DNA from: Candidatus Woesearchaeota archaeon
GTDB taxonomy: Archaea > Nanobdellota > Nanobdellia > Pacearchaeales > GW2011-AR1
Length of the DNA stretch: 27,583 nt
Reading direction: 5' to 3'
Assembly (NCBI GenBank): GCA_964581315.1
Contig: CAZONG010000001.1
Location: 1-27,583, forward strand
A program made the position numbers and the translations under genes. Shown piece after piece: positions 7,837 through 15,941 of this stretch; the first letter of the stretch is position 1; every line of letters starts with the position of its first letter. A model generated the notes under the pieces. That model did not search any database and was not told where the DNA came from. It worked only from the letters and a program-made list of their open reading frames with translations.

Positions 7837-8844
7837 ATGGGCCTTGAAAATTTACTAAAACAAAAAGGGCTTGTTTTACAAAGCCCGAATGTAGAGGATT
7901 TGTTAGCAAGAGCCAATTCTAAAAAAGAACCTTTGAAAATATTTTATGGTGAAACTTATGACAATTATGGAAATACTGTTGATAGCATGAAATATTATTT
8001 TTTTGTCTCTGAAATCTCTAAAACCTTGGAAAAAAATGGAATAAAAACAGACCCCATGATTTTGGTTGCAGATACTGCAGCATGTAGAAATGTTTCTTTT
8101 GATTTAGAAAGAAAATATATGGGTCTGGGAGACGAAAGAGTTGAGTTTATTGAAAAAATTAATGAAGAATATGGGTTAGGACTTAGAATCGTGAGGATGA
8201 GTGATTACATAAATTCAAAAGAATTTATTGATGAAAGAAAAAGAATTATTGAAATTTGTAAACCAGATTTAAAATTAATGGAATCTATTGAAAAAACAGT
8301 TCCAGAATCTAAAATTGAAGAAGAGAGAAAAAAAGGATTCATGTATTCTTTTGATGAAATTACAACAATTATGGATTTGGATATAAAAGTTGGTCCTCCA
8401 AGAGAAGATTTATATGACAATATTGCAAGAGAACTTGCAAAAAGGGAAGGAAAACTTCCCCTCATTTCAATATTTTTAACTCCAACTTTTCCACTTGGGA
8501 AAAATTGGGCTTACTTTTTTTCACAAGAAGGAATTGAAGACCATGGAATAACTGCATATAAGGCTGGAAGTAAAAGACTTCAAGACTTTAGAATTCTTCC
8601 GGGAAAAACAACTTCTGAAGAATCAAAAGATTTAATTTATAATTCTTTTTTAAGTTTGGATGATTCTCTTCCAAACCCGGTTTTAGATGTTGGCATTATT
8701 TCTCAAATGGCTGAGAGAAATCTTAAAAAAGATTTTTCTGAAATTGACCTATATGACAAATTTTATTCTGGAAAATTAAATCAAAGTGAACTTAAAGAAG
8801 AAGTTTATAACAAATTAAATAAATTTATTTTGGAGAAATTTTAA
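7837..8844 (+). CDS. Class Ic aminoacyl-tRNA-synthetase-like protein (TyrRS-like, HIGH and KMSKS degenerate)
   Basis: Colinear similarity, from memory, to archaeal TyrRS: KIFYG, ILVADTAACRN, DIKVGPPRE..NIAREL, NPVLD, and DKFYSGKLNQSELKEEVYNKLNKFI; no HxGH or KMSxS. Confidence 0.7.
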   Translation: MGLENLLKQKGLVLQSPNVEDLLARANSKKEPLKIFYGETYDNYGNTVDSMKYYFFVSEISKTLEKNGIKTDPMILVADTAACRNVSFDLERKYMGLGDERVEFIEKINEEYGLGLRIVRMSDYINSKEFIDERKRIIEICKPDLKLMESIEKTVPESKIEEERKKGFMYSFDEITTIMDLDIKVGPPREDLYDNIARELAKREGKLPLISIFLTPTFPLGKNWAYFFSQEGIEDHGITAYKAGSKRLQDFRILPGKTTSEESKDLIYNSFLSLDDSLPNPVLDVGIISQMAERNLKKDFSEIDLYDKFYSGKLNQSELKEEVYNKLNKFILEKF

Positions 8845-8845
8845 G

Positions 8846-10012
8846 ATGGAAAATAATTTAGATTTAGAAAAATTGGTTAATTCAGATTACCAAAATAAAT
8901 TAGAGTTAAAAGAAAAAGAATTAAAATATTACCCAGATAAAATGAAGGAATTTGGTTTAAAATCTATGGAGAGATTCTTGAAATATTGTCCCGATCCAAG
9001 TAAATATATGAATCTTGGAATCACTTTTGCACATAAGGATCTTGAAAAAGTTGCAGCAGCAATTGCAGAGAATAAACCTTGGGCAGTTGTTTCTGGATTG
9101 AATCCATCTGGACCATTACATTTAGGACATAAAGCAATTTTTGATGAACTTTTGTGGATGCAACAACATGGGGCAGATGTTTACATTCCATTAACAAATG
9201 ATGAGAGTTATACCGTCGGAAAAACCAAAAGTTTAGCTGAGTCAAGAAAAATTGCTTACGAGCAAGTAATTCCAAGTATTATTGCAATGGGCTTTGATTC
9301 CAAAAAAACCCACATATTTGTAGATTCAGATTATCCAGATATTTATAATGTTGCAATGGACCTTTCAAACAAAATAACTCTTAACAAAGCTTTTGGGGTT
9401 TTTGGGTTCGACAAAAAAGAAGAAGGAGAAAATCCGGGAACAATGTTTTACAGGTCAGCAGTCCAAGTGGCCCAAATACTTCTTCCACAATATGAAGAAT
9501 TTGGAGGACCAAAACCAACAATAATTCCTGTTGGAATTGACCAACACCCTTACATACTTCTTGCAAGAGATATTGCAGAAAAAAAAGGTTTTATTCCTCC
9601 TGCTGAGATTGTGACTAAATTTTTATGGGGCATTGATGGAAAAGGAAAAATGTCTGCAAGTAGACCAGAATCTGCGATTTTTTTAAATGATGATATTAAA
9701 TCTGTTATAAAAAAATTAAAATCTTCTTACACTGGTGGAAGCCCAACTGCAAAATTTCAAAAAGAACATGGGGGAATTCCAGAAATTTGTCCTATTTGGT
9801 CTTTAAGAACTTATAATTTTGAGTTGGATAACAATGTTGCAACATCCTGTTCTTCTGGGGAAGTTTTGTGCGGAGAATGTAAAAAAAAGGGAATAGACTC
9901 TACTGTTAAATATTTAGAAGACTTCCAATCTAAATTTGAAGATGCAAAAAAAAGAGTAGATGAATTTATTCTTAAAACCCCCATAAGGTCTTTTTTGAAA
10001 TATAAAATTTAA
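8846..10012 (+). CDS. trpS: Tryptophan--tRNA ligase, archaeal type
   Basis: SGLNPSGPLHLGH (HIGH), PVGIDQHPY, GKMSAS (KMSKS), YTGG...GGIPEIC and CGECKK in the anticodon domain. Confidence 0.9.
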   Translation: MENNLDLEKLVNSDYQNKLELKEKELKYYPDKMKEFGLKSMERFLKYCPDPSKYMNLGITFAHKDLEKVAAAIAENKPWAVVSGLNPSGPLHLGHKAIFDELLWMQQHGADVYIPLTNDESYTVGKTKSLAESRKIAYEQVIPSIIAMGFDSKKTHIFVDSDYPDIYNVAMDLSNKITLNKAFGVFGFDKKEEGENPGTMFYRSAVQVAQILLPQYEEFGGPKPTIIPVGIDQHPYILLARDIAEKKGFIPPAEIVTKFLWGIDGKGKMSASRPESAIFLNDDIKSVIKKLKSSYTGGSPTAKFQKEHGGIPEICPIWSLRTYNFELDNNVATSCSSGEVLCGECKKKGIDSTVKYLEDFQSKFEDAKKRVDEFILKTPIRSFLKYKI

Positions 10013-10016
10013 TTTT

Positions 10017-10523
10017 TTATAGATTATTCTCCAAATTTTTTCTTGCTTTTTTTGGAGCAGAATCTATTTCGAATAATTTTCTAAGCCCTTCCATATATAA
10101 TCCGCAAGTTGGTCCAATTAGGGGGGAGACGAGGGTTAAAATTTCAACACCGTCCTTAACTTTTTCGAAGTCAATTCTAAACTCTCCTTTTGACAGATTA
10201 GATGTTAAACTTCCCACGCTAAGAACTGTTGCATAAAGTGGGACTTGGAAAGTATCAAAGGCCAATAATTCTACCCCATACTTTCTTTTTTTTGAACTTT
10301 TATCTGTTGTTTTTGTTTTTTTGTATAAAAAATTTCTCCATTTACCATAAAAAGTAGCTGTTGGAAAGTTAATTGTTCCTCCATATATCCTTGAAGCAAT
10401 AATTCCTATTCCTCTTAGCCCAGAAGCGTAATCTGTCGCAATTCCCGTAAGAAAGGAGTATGTAAAAAGCCCCAAAGTATCTGAAAAACCCTCTTTCAAG
10501 TCCACTTTTTTGATTTTTTCCAT
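10017..10523 (-). CDS. L-alanine exporter AlaE-like membrane protein
   Basis: DTLGLFTY...SR...YGKWRNFL and LAFDTFQVPLYATVL resemble AlaE/YgaW. The start is moved to ATG 10523 because the longer ORF runs into tRNA-Asp; a TTTATAAA element lies upstream. Confidence 0.65.
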   Translation of the reverse strand: MEKIKKVDLKEGFSDTLGLFTYSFLTGIATDYASGLRGIGIIASRIYGGTINFPTATFYGKWRNFLYKKTKTTDKSSKKRKYGVELLAFDTFQVPLYATVLSVGSLTSNLSKGEFRIDFEKVKDGVEILTLVSPLIGPTCGLYMEGLRKLFEIDSAPKKARKNLENNL

Positions 10524-10573
10524 GGAAAAATTACAAAGATAGTATTTATAAATTTGAAGTTTCAGAAGTAGAA

Positions 10574-10645
10574 CGCCCACACCGGGAGTCGAACCCGGGT
10601 TTCCAGCGCGACAGGCTAGTGTCATAACCGTTAGACCATGTGAGC
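10574..10645 (-). tRNA. tRNA-Asp (GTC), 72 nt
   Basis: GCTCACA/TGTGGGC acceptor, CTAGC-CT GTC GC-GCTGG anticodon arm, CCGGG-TTCGACT-CCCGG T arm, G73. Confidence 0.95.
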
Positions 10646-10710
10646 ACGTAAGTAGTCCTTCATATCAATTTTTATTTTTAAACCTTGTGATGGTTGAGAA
10701 ATTTGTTAAT

Positions 10711-11085
10711 TTATTCTTTTTTCTTAAAGCCTAAACAAATTGAATTTACGCAGTATCTCTTTCCCGTTTTTGTTGGACCATCATTGAAAAGGTGACCTAA
10801 ATGAGCTCCGCAATTTTTACAGAGAACTTCAGTCCTTACCGTTCCATGAGATAAATCCGTTTTTAATTCAACATTTTTAGCGTTGTCAAAACTTGGCCAA
10901 CCAGTTCCAGAATCAAACTTTGCGTCTGAACTAAAAAGTTCGGCTCCACAATTTTTACACGTATAACTTCCTTTTTCCTTATTCTCAAGGAGTTTTCCTG
11001 TAAAAGCTCTTTCTGTTCCTTTTTCAAATAAAACTTGTTTCTTCTCCTTCGTTAAATTTTTATTTATTTCTTTAATTTTTTCCAT
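10711..11085 (-). CDS. msrB: Peptide-methionine (R)-S-oxide reductase
   Basis: YTCKNCG...[11 protein letters not shown]...[16 protein letters not shown]...RYCVNS. Start placed at 11085 (TAATG overlap with the msrA stop). Confidence 0.97.
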   Translation of the reverse strand: MEKIKEINKNLTKEKKQVLFEKGTERAFTGKLLENKEKGSYTCKNCGAELFSSDAKFDSGTGWPSFDNAKNVELKTDLSHGTVRTEVLCKNCGAHLGHLFNDGPTKTGKRYCVNSICLGFKKKE

Positions 11086-11537
11086 TAATAACAAACCATC
11101 CCTGTTTTTTTAACATAATCTTGATGATAATCTTCAGCTTTGTAAAATTCTTTAGCTGGGAGAATTTCAGTTACAACTTTTTTGCCGATTTTCTTTTCAA
11201 CTTCTTTTTTACTTTTTTCAGCGAGTTTCTTTTGATTTTCGTCTGTGTAAAAGATAACTGAACGATCTTGGCTTCCAACATCAGGACCTTGCCGATTTAG
11301 GGTAGTCGGATTGTGTTTTTCCCAGAAAATTTTTAATAAATCCGAATAACTAACTTTCTTTTCATCATAAATTAACTTCACAACTTCTGCGTGTCCAGTT
11401 TTTCCTGAACAAACTTCTTTGTAATTTGCTTCTTTTTCTCCACCCATATAACCTACTTGGGTTTTTACATTAGAAATTTGAGAAAACAAATACTGCGGTT
11501 TCCAAAAACACCCCATTCCAAAATATGCTTCTTTCAC
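11085..11537 (-). CDS. msrA: Peptide-methionine (S)-S-oxide reductase
   Basis: [35 protein letters not shown]. Confidence 0.97.
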   Translation of the reverse strand: MKEAYFGMGCFWKPQYLFSQISNVKTQVGYMGGEKEANYKEVCSGKTGHAEVVKLIYDEKKVSYSDLLKIFWEKHNPTTLNRQGPDVGSQDRSVIFYTDENQKKLAEKSKKEVEKKIGKKVVTEILPAKEFYKAEDYHQDYVKKTGMVCY

Positions 11538-11589
11538 ATAACAACTAAAAAAATCTACTTAAATAACCTTTTCCTAAATTGTACCCAAT

Positions 11590-11760
11590 TTATTTCTTTT
11601 TCTTGTTTGAGTTAGAAAAGCTTTGTTCAGCGAAGAACAAAAGAGCAATTATTGCAATCACTGTTGAAACAAGGTAGTTTCCCCATATTGCTGTTATAAG
11701 AACAACAATAGCTGCAATGGCTCCAAAAATTCCTTCCTCTTTTTCGGTTTTTTGTCCCAT
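11590..11760 (-). CDS. Small 2-TM membrane protein, 56 aa (below the ORF-track cutoff)
   Basis: MGQKTEKEEGIFGAIAAIVVLITAIWGNYLVSTVIAIIALLFFAEQSFSNSNKKKK; TTTTTATA element upstream; fills the intergenic gap. Confidence 0.7.
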   Translation of the reverse strand: MGQKTEKEEGIFGAIAAIVVLITAIWGNYLVSTVIAIIALLFFAEQSFSNSNKKKK

Positions 11761-11836
11761 CTTTATACTAATCTTTAGGGGTATAAAAATCTAACTTAAA
11801 CAATACTTTTTTATATTAAAAATTATTAATTCAAAC

Positions 11837-12046
11837 ATGGAATCAAATCAAAGGAGGTGTTGGGGATATTTTCTTTTTGGATTAAGTATTTTCCTTTTAA
11901 TTTTAGGAACAAATGTTTCTCCTGCCCACAGTTCAACTTTCAACACGCAAGACTTTTTTACGTCTATAAGTGTTCTTGGTTGGTACTTGTGGATATCTTT
12001 GGCATCTTTAATTGCTGGAAGTTATTTACTTTCTTTAAAAGAATAG
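11837..12046 (+). CDS. Small 2-TM membrane protein
   Basis: 69-aa ORF with two hydrophobic segments, divergent from the 11760 ORF. Confidence 0.65.
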   Translation: MESNQRRCWGYFLFGLSIFLLILGTNVSPAHSSTFNTQDFFTSISVLGWYLWISLASLIAGSYLLSLKE

Positions 12047-12096
12047 ATGAATAAAATTAAGAAAGAATTATAAATTGTATTTTATTATTTTTAATT

Positions 12097-12321
12097 ATGA
12101 TAGAGAGGTTAATTAGGCGTTCTACTAACATGGATGTCTTTTTGGTTTTTGTTGCTTCCATTGCAGTGGTTGGTTTTTGGCGTGGTGTTTGGAATTTAAT
12201 GGACCATTATATCCTTACAAATAATTTTCTCTGGAGCCAAATTGCAACAATTCTCGGAGGAATTGTTCTTCTACTTTTACTTGCACAACTTAAAGACAAA
12301 GACGAAGAAAAGAAAAAATGA
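12097..12321 (+). CDS. Small 2-TM membrane protein with a WRGVWNLMD motif
   Basis: FWRGVWNLMDHY resembles the repeat motif of Fuseless-like membrane proteins (from memory); ATGA overlap with the next gene. Confidence 0.75.
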   Translation: MIERLIRRSTNMDVFLVFVASIAVVGFWRGVWNLMDHYILTNNFLWSQIATILGGIVLLLLLAQLKDKDEEKKK

Positions 12322-12836
12322 GAAAGAAAGTCATTGTTAATGACAAAATGCAAAAAGGTTATGTCTATTTTTTAACTGAACCTCCTGGTAAAAATTTTGA
12401 CAAGGATTTCAAACCAGAATTAAGTCCAAAGGAAATGCTTGAACTCGGAGTTTTTGGGGGAGTTTATATGAGAGATTGCGTTAGAGAATTTCCTAAGAAT
12501 TGGTTTACTAAAGCGAAATTTGCACCTCTTTCAACAAAAAAACATTTGGCAGAACTAAATTTCTTTAAAGTTAATGCTTCTCAACCTTTAAGTGTATGGA
12601 GAAAAAAGGGTTGGATAAATGAACACGATGACCCGCGTGGATGGTTTCAATGGTTCTGTCGGTATTATATGGGTCGAAGAATTCCCGAATATGACCAAAT
12701 TCAAATAAAACGTTGGAAAGCAATTAAAAGACATATTGCTCAAATAAAAAAGAATTGCAACAAAGGGCAACTAAATTGTCGTCCAAAACAGCGTCAAGCA
12801 GTTCTCCATTGGGCGTATGACTCTAGAAAGATTTAA
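12318..12836 (+). CDS. Conserved hypothetical protein (Trp/Arg-rich)
   Basis: Motif-dense: LSPKEMLELGVFGG, ASQPLSVW, DPRGWFQWFCRYYMGRR, QIKRWKAI, QRQAVLHWAYDSRKI; function not known to me. Confidence 0.85.
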   Translation: MRKKVIVNDKMQKGYVYFLTEPPGKNFDKDFKPELSPKEMLELGVFGGVYMRDCVREFPKNWFTKAKFAPLSTKKHLAELNFFKVNASQPLSVWRKKGWINEHDDPRGWFQWFCRYYMGRRIPEYDQIQIKRWKAIKRHIAQIKKNCNKGQLNCRPKQRQAVLHWAYDSRKI

Positions 12837-12909
12837 AGAAGAGAATTAATTTTTAAAAGATAGCTTTAAAGATATAAATTATTATAAATGAAAGATAAAA
12901 ATTAATGGT

Positions 12910-13386
12910 ATGAAACTTAAAAACATCCTAACTAAAATTGTATTCCCATTAGTTATTGTTGGAGGTATTGGGAGGTTTGTTTATTTCACAAATCACAATA
13001 ATGAGATAGATAATAAAATTAAAAATAAAAAGATAGAAATTGGATTAAATGAGAAAATGATTAAAAAATTAAATTCTACCTTTATAGATTCTTATTCTTC
13101 CCCCGAATATAGAGAATATACCTCACAACAAAGCGATACTTCCTTTTGGAAAAGACAAATAAATTTTTTAAATAAAGAAAGAGAATCCTTTAGTTTGAAA
13201 AAACATTTAACAGAGTTTGAAAAAGAGTACACGAGATTTTATCTTCCTTTAAAATATTACATGGCAACAACTTCTCTTGATGAATTGAGAGGTATAAACA
13301 AAAAAGTTGAGGGGTATCATCAGGTCAACAAAACGCTCCAATCAAAAATTGATTCTTTAAAAAATGAAAAGAGTTCTTTCTTCTAA
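12910..13386 (+). CDS. Membrane-anchored coiled-coil protein, paralogue of 21023..21352
   Basis: N-terminal hydrophobic anchor ending GGIGR; C-terminal KIDSLKNEKSSFF. Confidence 0.75.
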   Translation: MKLKNILTKIVFPLVIVGGIGRFVYFTNHNNEIDNKIKNKKIEIGLNEKMIKKLNSTFIDSYSSPEYREYTSQQSDTSFWKRQINFLNKERESFSLKKHLTEFEKEYTRFYLPLKYYMATTSLDELRGINKKVEGYHQVNKTLQSKIDSLKNEKSSFF

Positions 13387-13444
13387 ACCATTTAAAATTT
13401 TTTATTACCATAAAGTTTAAATCTTAATCTTTTTCATTAATTGT

Positions 13445-14536
13445 ATGAAAAAATTAAACCCCTTAAAATTATTTTTTATCGCAGGACTTTCTTTATTTTT
13501 AAATACTAACGTCAGTGAGAAAACCTTGCCCCCTTTAGATGTAAAATTTTACGATTTAGATGCCTTAAAAATAGAAAGACTTGAAGCAATAAATAATCTG
13601 CAGGAGGATACAGTAACTTCTAACTTTTTGAAAAACCTTGAGGAGGATAAAAATTATTCAAATTTTAAAGATTCAGTAATAAAAGAAGACAAAAAGGATT
13701 TAGAGCATTTAATTAAAAAGTATGAAAAAATAAAACTATCCCAAAAAAGGTATATCTCAAAAGGAATTTATCAAGAGTTCATCGAATCTAATGAAAAAAT
13801 TTCAGAATCAAAATCAAAAGTAGATAATTACCAAATTGTTTCAATTGGAGGCCTTTTGCATTTAAAAAATTTGAATTCTTATACACAAAATGACAACCTC
13901 AACCTTATTTTAAAAGACCTGAAAAAAGTACAAAAGTTGGAAGAAATTTCAAAAAATTCTGAAAGCCAAATTGAAAGATCAATGGGTTCAACAATTTTGA
14001 ATGTTTCTGAATATATCCCATTCATAAATGAACTTTCAAAAAAAGAAAACCTACCCTTAGAATCTAATTTAACAATTATTTCCAATGAATCTTCTGGTTA
14101 CCCTTATATTGTTGGAAGAACTGGCGACCTTAATTTATTTCAAATAAATCCCCTAATGATTCCAAATCTCTATAAAAAAATGAAAAATGAGAAGGACACT
14201 TTTTTTCAAAACTATGTTAATAAGATTTCTCTTGAAGAATTTGAAAAAGAAATAAAATTTAATCCAAAAACAAATATTGTTACTGGAATTTATTTGTTAA
14301 AACTTCTAAACAAAGAATCTAAAAATGAAGCTCAAAGAATTATTCTATATCACCTTGGTGAACCAAGTTATAAGGAAATTCCCCTTCATGTTCGAAAAAA
14401 AATTGAATCTGGTTATTTTAATTCGGAAGAAAAAATAAAAGAATCTGATGAAAAATATCCTGGACTAGGTTACTTAAAATATTATTTTTCTAAAAAAAAG
14501 GCTCTTTGTGAACTAGAAAAAACTCTCCTCGACTGA
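13445..14536 (+). CDS. Secreted protein with a C-terminal lytic transglycosylase (SLT/lysozyme-like) domain
   Basis: Signal-like N-terminus; IISNESSG (catalytic Glu-Ser), GDLNLFQINP, FNPKTNIVTGIYLL, LYHLG. Confidence 0.7.
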   Translation: MKKLNPLKLFFIAGLSLFLNTNVSEKTLPPLDVKFYDLDALKIERLEAINNLQEDTVTSNFLKNLEEDKNYSNFKDSVIKEDKKDLEHLIKKYEKIKLSQKRYISKGIYQEFIESNEKISESKSKVDNYQIVSIGGLLHLKNLNSYTQNDNLNLILKDLKKVQKLEEISKNSESQIERSMGSTILNVSEYIPFINELSKKENLPLESNLTIISNESSGYPYIVGRTGDLNLFQINPLMIPNLYKKMKNEKDTFFQNYVNKISLEEFEKEIKFNPKTNIVTGIYLLKLLNKESKNEAQRIILYHLGEPSYKEIPLHVRKKIESGYFNSEEKIKESDEKYPGLGYLKYYFSKKKALCELEKTLLD

Positions 14537-14583
14537 TTTTCCCTGAAAACTAAAATAAAAAAATAAAAATTAAATTATTGACT

Positions 14584-14775
14584 TTATTCTTGGAAGAATA
14601 CGAATGCTCCGTAAATTGCAGAGATTCCGACCAAAATGTAAACGATCATTGAAACAATACCGCCTACACCGAAAATTGTGTCAACTAAGTTGAAATTAAA
14701 AGCTCCAACTAGTCCCCAATTTAGGCCACCTATTAAGACAAGAATCATTGCAATCATGTCTAAAACGCTTTTCAT
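14584..14775 (-). CDS. DUF378 (YuzA-like) small membrane protein
   Basis: LVLIGGLNWGLVGAFNFNLVDTIFG...IVYILVGISA; strong AGGAGGTG SD before ATG 14775. Confidence 0.9.
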   Translation of the reverse strand: MKSVLDMIAMILVLIGGLNWGLVGAFNFNLVDTIFGVGGIVSMIVYILVGISAIYGAFVFFQE

Positions 14776-14889
14776 GATACACCTCCTTATTGAAATTATC
14801 AAGTAAAAGGGTTTTATTAATCTATCTGGAAAGGGCTTTTTCCCCTTTAATAAGGCAAATATTAAAAATGCTCTTTCACTGAATTACTT

Positions 14890-15609
14890 ATGCAAAAAAA
14901 AGGTGAGCACAATAGTTTACATTCAAGTTCTGGAGGAAAATATTTGAAAAGTTGGGTTTATGGTGGACTTGATGGTGTTGTCACAACTTTTGCGGTCGTT
15001 GCAGGGGTCGTTGGTGCAAGCCTTGCTCCTTCGATTATCCTTATTATGGGTTTTGCAAATTTAATTGGTGACGGGATTTCTATGGCAGTTGGAGATTATT
15101 TATCTACAAAGTCACAAGGAGAATATTACAAAACTGAAAAAGAAATTGAAGAAAGGGAAGCTAAAAAAAATCCACGTAAAGAAGAAAACGAAATGGAATC
15201 TGTTCTTATTAAGAAAGGATTTCAAAAAGCAGATGCAAAGAAAATTTCCTTTTTAATTTCAAAAAATAAAAATTATCAAGCTGACACCATGCTTCACGAT
15301 GAATTGGGAATTGTTTATGACCGGGTTCACCCAGAACGAAACGCTCTTGCAACTTTTGCTTCTTTTTTGATTTTTGGAATGATTCCTCTTGTTCTTTTTA
15401 TATTTAGTTTAATTTTTAATGTCCCAATAAAAAATGCTTTCTTTTGGGCTTGTGTTTTGTCTGGACTTTCAATGTTTTTACTTGGAGTCTTTAAGTCAAA
15501 GATAACAAAAAAGAATTGGTTAAAGTCTGGATTAATAACTCTTTTAGTTGGTGGAGTTGCAGCAACTGCGGCATATTTTGTCGGGGAGATTTTGTCAAGA
15601 ATAGTATAA
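14890..15609 (+). CDS. VIT1/CCC1 family iron/manganese transporter
   Basis: VYGGLDGVVTTFAVVAG, GFANLIGDGISMAVGDYLS, ASFLIFGMIPL. Confidence 0.95.
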   Translation: MQKKGEHNSLHSSSGGKYLKSWVYGGLDGVVTTFAVVAGVVGASLAPSIILIMGFANLIGDGISMAVGDYLSTKSQGEYYKTEKEIEEREAKKNPRKEENEMESVLIKKGFQKADAKKISFLISKNKNYQADTMLHDELGIVYDRVHPERNALATFASFLIFGMIPLVLFIFSLIFNVPIKNAFFWACVLSGLSMFLLGVFKSKITKKNWLKSGLITLLVGGVAATAAYFVGEILSRIV

Positions 15610-15611
15610 AA

Positions 15612-15941
15612 ATGGTAAATAAGAAAATAAAAAGAAAAGTTTTGAAAAAGGAAGTTTCTAAAAAGAAATTTTCAAGAGACTACAGAAGCGAAGGAAAAAA
15701 TATCCTCGTTGGTCTTTTGGGATTTTTTTTAACTGTTTTCTTGGTTCAGTTTTCATATAAAGGTCCAGATGAAGGGATAAGTCTGAATGTTGTTCAGGTT
15801 GTTGATTTTTTTAGTGCACAAATGTTATTCCTTGTTAGTTTGCCGAGATTTATTGCAACAATTTTTGGAGTAATTATCGCAATAATTCCTTTTGTATTTT
15901 TTTACTTTTTAAGTAAAGAAATTTTTGGGAGAAGGGGCTAG
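15612..15941 (+). CDS. Small membrane protein with a basic N-terminus
   Basis: Start moved to ATG 15612, just after the VIT1 stop; 109 aa with 2-3 hydrophobic segments. Confidence 0.7.
   Translation: MVNKKIKRKVLKKEVSKKKFSRDYRSEGKNILVGLLGFFLTVFLVQFSYKGPDEGISLNVVQVVDFFSAQMLFLVSLPRFIATIFGVIIAIIPFVFFYFLSKEIFGRRG

Noticed and set aside
10524-10625. N-terminal extension of the AlaE-like ORF
   Set aside because: It overlaps tRNA-Asp on the same strand; the translated text is just tRNA sequence.
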